A stretch of DNA of 64,000 nt from Azolla caroliniana (taxonomy: Eukaryota; Plantae; Polypodiophyta), in assembly GCA_043228905.1 (NCBI GenBank), contig JBHGNT010000016.1:3038001-3102000 (forward strand), in the 5' to 3' direction. The notes beneath the pieces are model-generated. The model saw only the letters and a program-made list of their open reading frames with translations. It was not told the origin of the DNA and made no database searches. Made by a program: the position numbers and the translations under genes. The first letter of the stretch is position 1. Every line of letters begins with the position of its first letter. Below are positions 13,202 to 25,918 of the stretch, piece by piece.

Positions 13202-13410
13202 GTATCGAGTTTTGGCATTAGGAGCCTCAACTCGATATGGCGTATCGAGTTGGGGATCACAACTCGATATGGCGTATCGAGTTCTAGCGTTAGGAGTCTC
13301 AACTCGATACGGCGTATCAAGTTGGGGGTCACAACTCGGTACGACATATCGACTTTTGGCGTTAGGACCCTCAACTCGATACAACGTATCGAGTTATGGC
13401 ATTAGGAGCT
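13202..13410. repeat. array of palindromic 25-mers with alternating linkers (72 bp higher-order unit)
   Basis: CAACTCGATAYGGCGTATCGAGTT repeated about 5.5 times; linkers alternate TGGCRTTAGGAGYC and GGGGRTCA. Confidence 0.9.
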
Positions 13411-13429
13411 AAATAAGAGCTTGATATTG

Positions 13430-14398
13430 CGCACAGAGACAATGACAGAGAAGGAGAAGACGTGTCTACCTCATCTTAAACGTCTTCCTAAAGATGTCAA
13501 CAATGATTGTCTCATGCAGATGCACTTTGTGGGTTTTTTAGCATATAATGGAAGTGTTAAGCCTCATGTCTTCGTTACCTACCCAAATGTCCACAATGAC
13601 CCTAATTTAACAGTCATTGTGATTCAAAAAGTTTTTATGCCTTGGGGCAGTCTTTGTCGCCGGCTTTATATATTCAAATTGACAATACTGCTTGTGAAAA
13701 CAAAAATTCTACGGTCTTTGGTCATCTAAGTATGTTGGTGAACCAAGGAATTTTAAGGAAAGTGAAAGCTAACTTTCTATTGGTTGGTCACACACATGAC
13801 CATATCGATTAGATGTTCAGTAACTTCTCTAGGCAATTATCATGATATCATGGTTTCACGTTACCTAAGTTGTTCGACATCATTCGTGATGCATATACGC
13901 CACGCCCAATTGTGGAACACTTGAAGGAAATATATGATTTCAAGAGATACATCTCAGATGGTTGAGAGTGAAATGCCAAAGTGTTAACGCCATTAAATAA
14001 TATAAGTTTCAACCACATATTCTTAATAATAATAAAATGATCATAGTGGTTGTACATTATTATATGCAACGCAATATTCATCCTCCCCCAAATGGGAGCC
14101 TGAAGGCGGGTGTCAATTTCTACTTCATATGCCTTCTACTTTTGTTTATGGTGTAGGACAAATGTCGATTGAGACTAAAAAAGTGGTCACCAATGTACTA
14201 GGTCATAATCAAAATGATGTTTGGATGCAATCACTACAAGACAAACGCAAGCACATTGATAATGCGAAGAAGTATGTTGGGGAACAAGACACGTTATGTT
14301 GGGATGTGTTCTTTATAGATCAAGAACAAATTGTTGACAATTGTGTCCTTGGTACTTGGACCGTGCAAATCCCCTTCACATGGAATATACAACAGTGT
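13430..14398 (+). pseudogene. Sola1-like DDD transposase catalytic region (frameshifts and stops)
   Basis: Translation of 13654-13845: LYIQIDNTACENKNSTVFGHLSMLV...NFLLVGHTHDHID*MFSNFSRQL. N-terminal part missing. Confidence 0.8.
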
Positions 14399-14867
14399 CG
14401 TCATGAAGATCCGTCACTACGCGCAGATCGTGAGGCGGAACCGCCGGGGTTCTGAACCGGAAGGATTCAAAGTCGGTACAAGCTTTGGCGCAAGCTTTGG
14501 CGAGAAAGTACTTAAGATAGATTGGGAAAGAGAGAAGTTGACATTAAACGATTGAGAGAGATTGATTGAACTTTTATCTTTGGATTTAAGAAACAAGTTA
14601 TACGATCAATTTCAGAACGAATTTCTTCCTCTTAATTTCATAACAAAAAAAAACGCGTTTTTTCTCCTCCCCCTTCCTTCTTTTATAGATGCTCTCATGC
14701 ATATGATGCATGTGAGGGTACAAGACATGCATAAAATGCATGCTTGCCATTTGGTGCTTATGTATTACATGTGGTGCATGATAACCATGTCACTCATTTT
14801 AACTCTCATGTATGAGAATTTACACATAAAAGTACAATGATAGAAATATAAATTCAACTAAATGGCA

Positions 14868-14924
14868 TGGCTTAATGGTAAGCCAATTGACTCTTAACTC
14901 GGAGGTGCAAGGTTTGAATCCTTA
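14868..14924 (+). promoter_or_regulatory. tRNA-like Pol III type-2 promoter (A box + B box) in the LTR of element A; second copy at 25318-25374
   Basis: TGGCTTAATGGTAAG-N19-GAGGTGCAAGGTTTGAATCCTTA, with a D-arm GCTT/AAGC, a CTCTTAA loop and a T-arm. Confidence 0.65.
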
Positions 14925-17900
14925 CTTGCCCTCTTTGTATATGTATACATGTATATATATTTATATATTTATTTATCTAGTCACCGGACACCGGTTCGTC
15001 GGATGCTGTCGGTTACCGGTGCCTCGCCGGATGCAGTCGCTGGATTGCCGTCGGATGCCGGTGTCTCATTGGTGTCGGATGCCACCGGATCACCGGCTCC
15101 ATCGTCGGTCCGGTTTTGGTTGGCCAAAACCCTTTACGAGTAGTTAGCCCACCTCCACTCTTAGTTCAAGTTACCTTGAACTCTCTATGCTCCACACATA
15201 AACACAAAGATAATATCTTTTGCTCTACCTTATATATGATGAGAGCCGTATTTGTCGTGCTTATGTGGGATATCCCACAATTTTATCTTTTCCTTTCACA
15301 AACTTTATACCCTCATATCTTGACATTTAGTTGTCCGTTTCTCGTGTAATAAAGTGCATTCGAAACCTCCATCATTTTGTACTTAGATATTAAATTTATT
15401 TAAAATGTTATCTTCACAATTATTGTATTATGTGATTCATACTCGATTTTGTACGTTTTATGGGATTTTCACACTATTGCCGAAAATCTTCATGACATCC
15501 ACCCCCACCAAACCGCACGTCCTCCGGTACGTGCCAAGAAGAGAGAAAGTGAGATTTCGGCTATGGTGATCAATTAGATTCCTCTATGTCTTCATTTACA
15601 TCCGCCCTATTATGTTCATCGTCGAGGTGATCGAGGTCAGGATCCTTGTCTTGTCTTTTCTTGAAAATCTTTAGTCTTTTTCCCGCAATGGGTACGGCCA
15701 ACCTTGATCCGTCTAGTTCCACAAGGTGGTATGTGGCATTATTGTTGGCACTTGTCACCACATACGGCCCGAACCATCTTCTTGCGAACTTCCTTGTTGC
15801 ATTGTGTTGATTGTCAAGGGTGCTATCGTAAACCAAAACCCAATCCCCTTCTTCAATCTTCTTGGGACGAAGTCGATGCGTGTTGTCGAACCGAACTTTG
15901 TTCTTTACTCGGGTTGCCTCCATCATCTTTCGCGTTTTTTCTAAATCTTCAGGTCTTCTTTCAAGTTGCCTTATCCGCGCCGCTAATAACTCTTCTCGGC
16001 TCATCTCGTTCTCCCACGATATCGCTACCCATGAGGCGATCGTCCTTTCGATGGGCATAATCGGCTTTTGTCCATACATAAGCTCCGTCGGCATATACCC
16101 TGTCACTGAGCTATGTGTCATTCTATCGGCCCACAAGGCATAGGGTAATAATTGTGGCCAATTCCCGACTCGACCGTTGCATGCCCTTACGATGGCTTTA
16201 ACGATAGGTTCATGCCCTCGCTCAATCTTCCCATTCGCTTACGGATTGTAGGCAGTCGTGAGGGAGAGCTTCACGCCTAGTCTTTCAAAGAGCTCTGTCG
16301 CTTCATGCGCATCCAACTCCCCTCGGTCGGCCACTATCTTCCCTACACATCCATATCGGCAAACAACCTCTTCAAGCAGAAATTTGCAAACGGTTGAAGT
16401 CGTCTTATTTGTCAAGGCTCGTCCTTCCACTTGATTTGTCAAGTCTTCCCTTGCCAGCGCTAAGTACTTCATTTGTCCCACTCCCATTGGCATCGAGACC
16501 AGATCCACCATCCATTTGAAGTGTATGGTGAGTGGGTATGTCGGCTGTAACTCATCACGATGACGTATATTTGAATATATTTGGCAAGTTTTGCATGTGG
16601 ACACGAAATGGAGTACATCTTTGTACATGCTTGGCCACCAGTACTTCTCCTTCAACTTTTCGAACGTCGTCCATGTTCCTCTATGACCTGCCCAAGCACT
16701 CTCGTGGAATTCGGTCATCAACATCTCTTGCTCTTCTTCCTTTACCACCACTCAATGTGGTATTCTTGTCCTTCTTTTTGGATGTCGCCAAAGGAATCCT
16801 CCCTTCAAGAAGTATCGGTAAGCTTTCTTTCGGATTTGTAGGGCCTCCTCCTTTGTCAACGAAGCATCTGTCGTCAATGTTCTTAGGAATCTACCGATGA
16901 GTAATCACTCTCCTTCGTACTCGTTCTCGTTGAAGGCGTGGAGGGTTTGCGTGTCCTGGTCTTCCGCCGACAATCGAGCCATCTTGAAGAAGTCGAGGGC
17001 GACATCTTCATCTTCCGAAACCATGTTACTTCCATTTGAAAATCTTGCCCTCGACAGCATGTCAGCCATGGCGTTCTTCTTCCCTGCAATGTGATGGATC
17101 TCTGGGTTTAAAGACTTGATGTAGGCGATCCACCTTAGCATAGCAAGATCTAGGGTCACACATCCCGAGACCATTCCGAGAATTGGGAGACAATCTGTCT
17201 CTATTATCACTTCTGACCCGATCAGGTAATCTTTGTCCGTCTTCACTTCCGACACAATACCCCAAAGTTCCCACTTGACTTGGGCATATCTTTGTTGCCG
17301 TTCGCTGAGAATCTTTGCTCCGAACCGGACAACATATCGCACATTATCTTCACCTTCTTGATTGATGACCCACCCGATTCCGGTTGGGCTCGTATCTACG
17401 GTCACGTTGTCGTGCCTTTCGGCTCCGGATCGTTTGCGTGAGTCGGGTGGGAACCGCCGAGGTTTTGGACTAGGAGAAAGAAGAATATGAGATGAGGCTA
17501 GTAATGAATAGATTATTAGAAAGAGAGATAGAAATCTCGTGAATCCCACGAGTGTATTGTATTCGATTAATCAATATTTAGATAAGAATATGTATTTAGA
17601 TTGAAAGAAAGATATAAGAAACTTGTGAATCCCACAAGTATAGATTATATTATTTTCGTGAATCCCACGATTATATTAATCGGTTGGTGTTTTCGGAAAT
17701 ATATCCAATTTCCAAATATTTCACACACTATTACATTGTGCTCCCCATCCTTATGTAGTGATGAGTAAGTCTTAGTAATCCATGCTTTTTCTCTAACTAT
17801 AGACCCCATGCTTTTCCTATAGATAGACTATATGCTTTATCTAAAGTGATCATGCTTTTTTCTAACTTGTGCGTTTTTTATCATGTACGCTAGATGTGTA

Positions 17901-18000
17901 TGTGTAGCTTTTTCTTTTGTTATGCGTTTTTCTAATGTTTATCCTAGCGTGAATTTACCTTTCTATGTGGGACATCTATGCTTTAACACTAATGAAATGC

Positions 18001-18056
18001 TAGTGTAATGGTAAGACATTACATTATTAACAAGGAGGTGCAAGGTTCGAATCTTG
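18001..18056 (+). promoter_or_regulatory. tRNA-like A/B box cassette in the LTR of element B; second copy at 20803-20858
   Basis: TAGTGTAATGGTAAG-N19-GAGGTGCAAGGTTCGAATCTTG; consensus B box GGTTCGAATC. Confidence 0.7.
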
Positions 18057-18155
18057 CCCTATGCATGTTCCATTTATTTTGCTATTTTCTTCTATTTCTT
18101 CATTTTTTATTGAATCTAATACTATATACGTTTTTCACGTAGTGTACAAAATACA

Positions 18156-20171
18156 CTACGACACTCGCCCCCTCCAAACCCGCACATCCTCCGGTATGTG
18201 CCGAAGTTGTTGGTGTTTGTTAGTCTCCTCCGTCCGGTCTCTACCCGATTGGTTTCGTTGCCGGCTCGTAGTACCCTCGACTTCTCTTGTTATGTTGACT
18301 TTGTCTCTCCATTTGGAGCACATCCATTCTTTCCACCCGAACCATTGTCGACATCCGATCCACCATAGTCTTCGTTCGCTTTTTGCATGGCCCGCTTGGT
18401 CCTTGTCATCCGCGGTAGTATCTTTTCTTGCCCTCTTTCTTTTCTTCATCAATCTCGACTTCTTTTCGGATTTTCGGTTTAGTCGGATTAGCTTACTTCC
18501 GATTCGGTCTCGTTGGATCGTCTTTCGTTTAGTTCGGCTTCCTTTCCGATTTGTATTCGGTCGATCCGGACTCGGTTGATCGGTTTTTACCGATTCAGTG
18601 CTCTTTCGGGTCGGTTTCTTTTCTTTTCTTTTCGTTCGGATTTGCTTTCTTTTCTTCGTTTTCACCTGCCTTGTCCGGTTCGACTTTCGGCACTTCTTTC
18701 CGTTGTTCGCCACGTAGGTCCTCCGATATGTGCTCGTTGTTCGGTCCTCGTGTGGTTGTAATGCATGCTTCTTTTCTCGCCGTAGCGCGTGCTTCTTTAT
18801 TTGCCATAACACGTGTTTCTTTATTCGCCGTAGAGCGTGCTCTGTATTACGCGCTTCTCCCGTCGTAGACCCGACCTCCGCATTGTCGCACTTTCTTTTA
18901 GATTGGAATTTCGGATGGATCATTTTCCATCCGAACTGACTTCCGACTTTACCTTCCTCGCCGCCATCTCCCGTCTCTCCGGTCTCACGTTGGTTCTCGG
19001 ACACAACCGCCGAAGTCTCTAGATATTGTTGGCATGAATCCTCGGTATTACCTTCTTTCGTAGTTTCACCCTTAGCATTCTTCTCGGCTATCTCTTCATC
19101 GTATTCGTCGGCTTCGACATTCGTTTTCTCTCCGCCACCTTCCGTCTCTTCGGTCTCACGTTGCCTTTTGATCGCAACCGCCGGAGTCTCTGGAATCAGT
19201 GGTGGGGAAGTCTCGATATGGCAATCCGCCATTGATTCGTCCATAGCCACCTCCGATTCGATTTCGTCTTTTGTGGCTACCTCCTTAATCAAGTCCTCCT
19301 TGCTCTCTTTCACTGCATCAATTATGCTTACCCCTTTTTCACCCAATGTTTCGGACACTTGTATTCTGAAATCTTCTTCTACACTTGGGTTATCGGCCTT
19401 ATCCTTCATCGTTGTTCTTTCGCAAGACAAGAGGGTAGCTTGTTTTACACCCTCTTCTGTCGCACCATCATGTTGTATTTCGGCCTTCATATCGGCTCCA
19501 TCGTTTGTCTTCAATCGACCATCCTTCATCGGCCATGTCGTTGACAAGATTCTCATCTTCCTCTCATCATGTCTCCGGCATACCCTTTGGACTTCGGCCC
19601 AATTTTCGGTAAGACCATTCGTACCGTCATCGTCTTCGAGTTCGATCCCGATGTCCATCCTTTCTTTTCGATCGATCGATTTTACGAACATTAGGACTTT
19701 ATCCTCCCCCACCAATCGTTGTTCCCGCTCCGAGAGTTGAGCAAGACGATGCTCGAACTCTAGGAATGCTTGTGTTGCACTTCGGTGGGTCTTCTCCGAT
19801 GCCACCCATTCGTCGAATTTTCGCCGATCTTGTCCCTTTGATCTCTTGTAATCATATGCCTCTCGTAAAGCTTCTTCGAATGACCCCCATGTCGAGTTTT
19901 GTTGCCGTATCTTGTGGATTCTCTCTTGTAGCTCATCCGTGGCCACCCGATTGAAGGATGTCACTTGCAATCCTTCCGGTATCCCACATCGTATCATCTC
20001 CGCCTTGTAGTCACGTAGATAGCGTGACACATCGTTTCCGTTGAATTGTCCGTTTCGTTGTACGAGCCGCTTTACTGCCCCCGTGATCTCCGACATCACT
20101 CGTTGTTCTTGTAGCATCCGCTCGAACATCATCATCATCGTTTTGCTCATTGCCTCTTGTTGATTCTCCAT
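18156..20171 (-). CDS. Gag-derived 671 aa protein with acidic and basic low-complexity tail and a C-terminal Trp/Arg motif
   Basis: Open ORF filling the whole internal region from ATG 20171. N-terminus aligns with element A Gag (FNGNDVSRYLRDY vs FDGRNVTKFLDAY). No zinc knuckle or protease. Confidence 0.8.
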   Translation of the reverse strand: MENQQEAMSKTMMMMFERMLQEQRVMSEITGAVKRLVQRNGQFNGNDVSRYLRDYKAEMIRCGIPEGLQVTSFNRVATDELQERIHKIRQQNSTWGSFEEALREAYDYKRSKGQDRRKFDEWVASEKTHRSATQAFLEFEHRLAQLSEREQRLVGEDKVLMFVKSIDRKERMDIGIELEDDDGTNGLTENWAEVQRVCRRHDERKMRILSTTWPMKDGRLKTNDGADMKAEIQHDGATEEGVKQATLLSCERTTMKDKADNPSVEEDFRIQVSETLGEKGVSIIDAVKESKEDLIKEVATKDEIESEVAMDESMADCHIETSPPLIPETPAVAIKRQRETEETEGGGEKTNVEADEYDEEIAEKNAKGETTKEGNTEDSCQQYLETSAVVSENQRETGETGDGGEEGKVGSQFGWKMIHPKFQSKRKCDNAEVGSTTGEARNTEHALRRIKKHVLWQIKKHALRREKKHALQPHEDRTTSTYRRTYVANNGKKCRKSNRTRQVKTKKRKQIRTKRKEKKPTRKSTESVKTDQPSPDRPNTNRKGSRTKRKTIQRDRIGSKLIRLNRKSEKKSRLMKKRKRARKDTTADDKDQAGHAKSERRLWWIGCRQWFGWKEWMCSKWRDKVNITREVEGTTSRQRNQSGRDRTEETNKHQQLRHIPEDVRVWRGRVS

Positions 20172-22586
20172 CTCCTTGCCACCCGCCTTCACGTCGGGTT
20201 CACCAACTGTGTCGTGCCTTTCGGCTCCGGATCGTTTGCGTGAGTCGGGTGGGAACCGCCGAGGTTTTGGACTAGGAGAAAGAAGAATATGAGATGAGGC
20301 TAGTAATGAATAGATTATTAGAAAGAGAGATAGAAATCTCGTGAATCCCACGAGTGTATTGTATTCGATTAATCAATATTTAGATAAGAATATTTATTTA
20401 GATTGAAAGAAAGATATAAGAAACTTGTGAATCCCACAAGTATAGATTATATTATTTTCGTGAATCCCACGATTATATTAATCGGTTGGTGTTTTCGGAA
20501 ATATATCCAATTTCCAAATATTTCACACACTATTACATTGTGCTCCCCATCCTTATGTAGTGATGAGTAAGTCTTAGTAATCCATGCTTTTTCTCTAACT
20601 ATAGACCCCATGCTTTTCCTATAGATAGACTATATGCTTTATCTAAAGTGATCATGCTTTTTTCTAACTTGTGCGTTTTTTATCATGTACGCTAGATGTG
20701 TATGTGTAGCTTTTTCTTTTGTTATGCGTTTTTCTAATGTTTATCCTAGCGTGAATTTACCTTTCTATGTGGGACATCTATGCTTTAACACTAATGAAAT
20801 GCTAGTGTAATGGTAAGACATTACATTATTAACAAGGAGGTGCAAGGTTCGAATCTTGCCCTATGCATGTTCCATTTATTTTGCTATTTTCTTCTATTTC
20901 TTCATTTTTTATTGAATCTAATACTATATACGTTTTTCACGTAGTGTACAAAATACACTACGACAACGTAAATTGGTTTCCCTTTGGTATAGTTGGCCTT
21001 ACTTACTGCCGGAGCTTCAAGAAGCAGTTTCTTTAATCTTCGCATCGCATTTGTGTGCTCATCTCGCCATTCGAACTTCATTCTTTTCTTTAGTAGTCCA
21101 TATAACGGTTCGGCGACATGAGCGTAGTGAGGAATCCATATATGATAAAACACGCACGCTCCAAGGAACCTTCGAACCTCCGTTTGGTTTTCGCATTCTT
21201 CTTTCATGTCTTGGATTGCATTCACTTTGGATGGCGAGGGATTCCGGCCGTATGCTCCACACAAGTGACCTACCACCAAGATCTCCGGTTGCCCGAATGC
21301 GGATTTTTCTCCCGAAAATGTCAAATTCGCATCTTCGAGCCTTTGAAGCACCTTCTCGCAATCTTTCATATGATCCGCAACGAACTTTCTACAACCTTCC
21401 TTATCTTTTGATTCATCTTTCTCCTCATCCGAACATCCTTTTATCGGAATATCATCCAAGAATGGCATCGTGATGTCTGGGATGCAATCCTTCAAGACTT
21501 TATTCATGGCATTCACCATATGAGCCACCGAGTTCGTTGCGCCTTGGGGTAAGGTACACATCCGCACAAGTTCGATCGGAGTCCTCATGGTTGTAATGTC
21601 CCGACTGTCGATCGCCAATTGGAATTGGTCATATCCGGAGTACCGCAAACGCTTCGGCAAATTCGTCCATGCTCGGACCGATTCCGGCATTTCGAATTGT
21701 CACCTTGTTGACGGGTTGAAGATCTTGGATGAATTGCAATGATCCATTCTTCTTCTGCACCATGAACCACCTATTGGAATAAGGAGCATTCGACGGTTCT
21801 AGAATTCCGATACTCACCTTCTCCTTTAAGAGCTCGATCAACTTCGGAAGGTGTGCTCTCGGAACCGATATCGGTTTCAAATTCCAAGGCACATGAGGCA
21901 CCGTGAAGATCACCATCGGCTCTATAACCTTTGGGTCGGTGCATCCGATTTCTCATGGGAAGAATGCGAAAGCCTTCCCATGTCTCTCAAGCATATCACG
22001 AAACATTCGCTCCTCTTCAGGGAGAAGGAAATCCTCCTTTCCAACTCGTAGCTTCCCCTTCGTCTCTTTGGTGAAGACATGTCTATCTTCTTCGGATCTC
22101 TTAAGCTTGGATCGTTAGCGACTTCCTTCATCTTTTGCCAGCTATCTTCTGGTAGCGGAACCGCAACTGGCTTGATCTTCTTATCCACCGTTTTATATTT
22201 CATGTTGATGTCAGCTTCCTTCATCGAGATGCCACGACGGTATTCATCGATGATAGCGTACATGTTGACGGAGTTAACCGAAATCACGCATTGGTTGTGA
22301 AGATAGCTCAAGTCCACGACGTCCTCGATTTCACCGATGGTGTCGTTAAATGAGGTTTCTTCCATAATATGAGTCACGAACTCTCCTTCTTCTATTATGT
22401 TTTCTTCTTTCAGCATCTTCTCGAATTCTTGTATCCGGTGCTTGTGCTTCTTGTCGGGTAGTACTAGTTTACATGCGCCACTAGGTGTGACACATGTTGC
22501 TTCTCCTCGCAATCCACACACTCTTCTTTCTTGTGGGGTCTTGTGATTGCTCAGACTATTTGTACCCCATGCTTCAATAGTCCGCT

Positions 22587-24785
22587 CTAAAAATCCAAGG
22601 ATTCACCTCCGAGACTATCTCGATTCCTTTCATGATTGGCTCGCACCGTTAGGAATTGGACCAATCTTTGGTTGTCAAGACTCTTTATTCGTGTGAAGGC
22701 TGATCCATTATCGAACACTTTGGTCTCCATCCGAGATGATGTGATATAAGGTTGCCCTAGGATGACAGGATGCAACGTCGATTCTTGTACGAAGAAGTGT
22801 TGATCCATCTCCACATCCCCGATTGTGACTTTGATATTGGGACAAGCTCCGTACAAGTCCTCCGTAGACTTTGTTGCCGCGCGAATATTCCATCCGTGGT
22901 TTGTATTGATTGGCCATCTTCCTTTTTTGTAGAAGTTGGTTGACATGAGGTTGATCTCCGAGCCGTGGTCGATCAAGGCTACCACGGTCTCTTTCTTCTC
23001 CCCGATCTTCACCGGCGTCTCCGTTGTCGCTCGTGCCCAATGAGGTCGAGTATAGTGGATGTCCACCATATCTTCATCGACTTCGTCTCTTGCCATCGTT
23101 ATGGCATTCGTTTTTTCTTTTTGCTGCTTCTCTTCTTCCTCATCCGATTGTTGTCTCTTTCTCTTTACAAGGTCCACAATCGTGTCATGGAACTCCTTCT
23201 TCGTAATGCCAAGCAATTCCCTCAAGGACAAAGTTACGTGGCTATCAAGAACTCGTTCTTCGAGAATCTTCTTTAGGTCCGTCATCTGCTCTATGTCCGA
23301 CCTTAGCTTATAGGTAGGTATAGTCCTTGTCCTCCAAGCGGGGTCTTCGACACCAACCTTCACGGGCCGAACCGTTTCTTCAACTCGTATGCTCGGCTCC
23401 CCTTTTCGGCTTGATTCTCGTTCCTCCGTTTGTAAAGGTCGACTCGTCTCCGCATCGTCCTTCTTTTTCGCGTTCCTTGTTTCATATCTTTTTTATGGGC
23501 CTTGCTCTTCTATTCTCTTTCTCTTTTCTTCGACGAACACCTCGTGGTTGTCGCACATCACCTCTGCGAGTATGGTGTTGTCATCCACCGGATCCGACCA
23601 CCCGGTTATGCTTTGCACGCTTCGGTCCGCAAGCTCTACCTCGTTCGATGTGACTTTTCCCTTCTTCTCATATTCGAGAACGGAAGTCCAAAACTTTGCT
23701 CCCGCTCTAGCAGCTTCTGTCTTGTCTTTCCCGACTCTTATTCCGGCCGACGCAGCATAGTGCATCGCATCCACATGAGTCGCATCGGCATCCTCCATAG
23801 ATTTCTTCATTCCTCCTCTTCCGAAATTCACCCGTAGGGGTCTTCTAGTCTCGCTTGAGCAGATCATGTTGTCCTCTATGTATACGATATTTTGTCGAAT
23901 CGCCTCTCGAAGGCTCGCACAATCCCTTCTCATGTGGTCCATGCTATCGCACCACACGCATCTAAAGGGTTCTTTTCCTTTAGGGCCCCAACGATTCATG
24001 TTGGCTAGCGTGACCTTCTCGAACTTCTTCGCTAGCTCTTCAATGATGTCGTCATCAATCTTCTTTTCTTCCATGTTACTTTGACTTGGCGGCTCAGCTA
24101 CTTTCGGCGGTCTTGCTTTCTCCGTGGTAGTCGATCCCGTCAAGTCGATGTCATCAACCCATTGGCGACGCTTGTCGAGCCTATTGCATGCCCACTTCAC
24201 CGCGATCCAGTCCGCTACGAGCCCATTTGCTTGGGTATCATCTTCGAGAAGAGTCCCCAACTCCCGTCTATCCTTTGTGTCCACGGCCTTCAAGAAGTAC
24301 AAAGTCTTATCCTCTTCAAGCAACACTTGGTCCGTATTGGGGAGACGACTAAACATCTGGTCAAATTCGTCGTACACCCTCGAGATGCTCATCTTCTTAT
24401 TCTTCTTCTCTATCCACTTCATCAGGGCATGTCGAGTCATCCTCGTTGAGTCTTCAGTCACAAACTCCGCTAGTATCGTTTTCTCGAACTCGAACCATGT
24501 TGTCTTACCTTCTTGAAGCTCGATGACGCGTATTTGGATGTTGTTGGCGACAACTCTCTTGAAGCTTACGATTTGACGTGCCTCGGACACGTCCCTCTGA
24601 TTCATCTCCCTTCTATATGCATCAAGGAACTTCGTAACATTCCTTCCATCGAATTGGCCCTCGAGCTCTACGACACGATCGACAGCCTTCTCCACGCTCG
24701 CGTCGTTGTCCCGAGATCTCATCATTTGCTCGACGATTAACATCATCCTTTCGAGCTCTCCCGCTTGGTTGCTTGAGGACGCCAT
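22587..24785 (-). pseudogene. element A gag-protease (one frameshift near 23490)
   Basis: Zinc knuckle CVWCDSMDHMRRDC; aspartic protease motif ALIDHGSEINLM; ends ESLDF*. Confidence 0.9.
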
Positions 24786-25918
24786 CTCCAAGTATTAATC
24801 TTGACTTGATCCTTCCTACCGCCTCTTTCACGTCGGGTTCACCACTTAATTATGTCATGAAGATCCGTCACTACGCGCGGATCGTGAGGCAGAACCGCCG
24901 GGGTTCTGAACCGGAAGGATTCAAAGTCGGTACAAGCTTTGGCGCAAGCTTTGGCGAGAAAGTACTTAGGATAGATTGGGAAAGAGACAATTTGAGATTA
25001 AACGATTGAGAGAGATTGATTGAACTTTTATCTTTGGATTTAAGAAACAAGTTACACGATCAATTTGATAACGAATTTCTTCCTCTTAATTTCATAACAA
25101 AAAAAAACGCGTTTTTTTTCCTCCCCCTTCTTTTATAGATGCTCTCATGCATATGATGCATGTAAGGGTACAAGACATGCATAAAATGCATGCTTGCCAT
25201 TTGGCGCTTATGTATTACATGTGGTGCATGATAACCATGTCACTCATTTTAGCTCTCATGTATGAGAATTTACACATAAAAGTACAATGATAGAAATATA
25301 AATTCAACTAAATGGCATGGCTTAATGGTAAGCCAATTGACTCTTAACTTGGAGGTGCAAGGTTTGAATCTTTACTTGCCCTCCTTGTATATGTATATAT
25401 GTATATATATTTATATATTTATTTATCTAGTCACCGGACGCCGGTTCGTCGGATGCCGTCGCCGGTTGCCGCCAGATGTCGTCGGTTACTGGTGCCTCGC
25501 CGTCGCCGGATCACCGGCTCCATCGTCGGTCCGGTTTTGGTTGGCCAAAACCCTTTACGAGTAGCTAGCCCACCTCCACTCTTAGTTCAAGTTACCTTGA
25601 ACTCTCTATGCTCCACACATAAACACAAAGATAATATCTTTTGCTCTACCTTATATATGATGAGAGCCGTATTTGTCGTGCCTATGTGGGATATCTCACA
25701 ATTTTCTCTTTTCCTTTCACAAACTTTATACCCTCATATCTTGGCATTTAGTTGTCTGTTTCTCGTGTAATAAAGTGCATTCGAAACCTCCATCATTTTG
25801 TACTTAGATATTAAATTTATTTAAAATGTTATCTTCACAATTATTGTATTATGTGATTCATACTCGATTTTGTACGTTTTATGGGATTTTCACACTATTG
25901 CCGAAAATCTTCACGACA

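Larger units (their letters stand above)
17408..20965 (-). mobile_element. pol-less (gag-only) LTR element B nested in the RNase H of element A
   Basis: 756 bp LTRs at 17408-18163 and 20210-20965, nearly identical. TSD ACGT on both sides. Trp PBS at 20188-20205. PPT at 18164-18175. Confidence 0.95.
15570..22593 (-). pseudogene. element A pol (RT, RNase H, integrase), split by element B
   Basis: RT LPQGATNSVA and PFLDD. RNase H PIYV|TVDTSPTGIG...ETDCLP. Integrase H-H-C-C (FHESAWAGH...CKTCQ), VDLV, ADRGE, RRWFGPY. No chromodomain. Confidence 0.92.
14399..25918 (-). mobile_element. autonomous-type Ty3/Gypsy LTR retrotransposon (element A), tRNA-Trp primed, non-chromovirus, decayed
   Basis: LTRs 14399-15497 and 24853-25918. 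PBS at 24827-24844 reads TTCACGTCGGGTTCACCA on the + strand, equal to the plant tRNA-Trp 3' end. PPT next to 15498. Domain order gag-PR-RT-RH-IN. Target TCGT. Confidence 0.95.

Noticed and set aside
14861-14935. Functional tRNA-Lys(CTT) gene
   Set aside because: Acceptor and anticodon stems do not pair in register; kept only as a tRNA-like promoter cassette.
20172-20351. Signal-peptide-like N-terminus MGFTRFLSLFLIIYSLL on the 731 aa and 214 aa ORFs
   Set aside because: Starts at a GTG inside the LTR and crosses the PBS; the first ATG is at 20171 and elements A and C have no equivalent.
24827-24844. tRNA-Trp gene
   Set aside because: Only the 18 3'-terminal nucleotides including CCA are present, next to an LTR, so it is a PBS.
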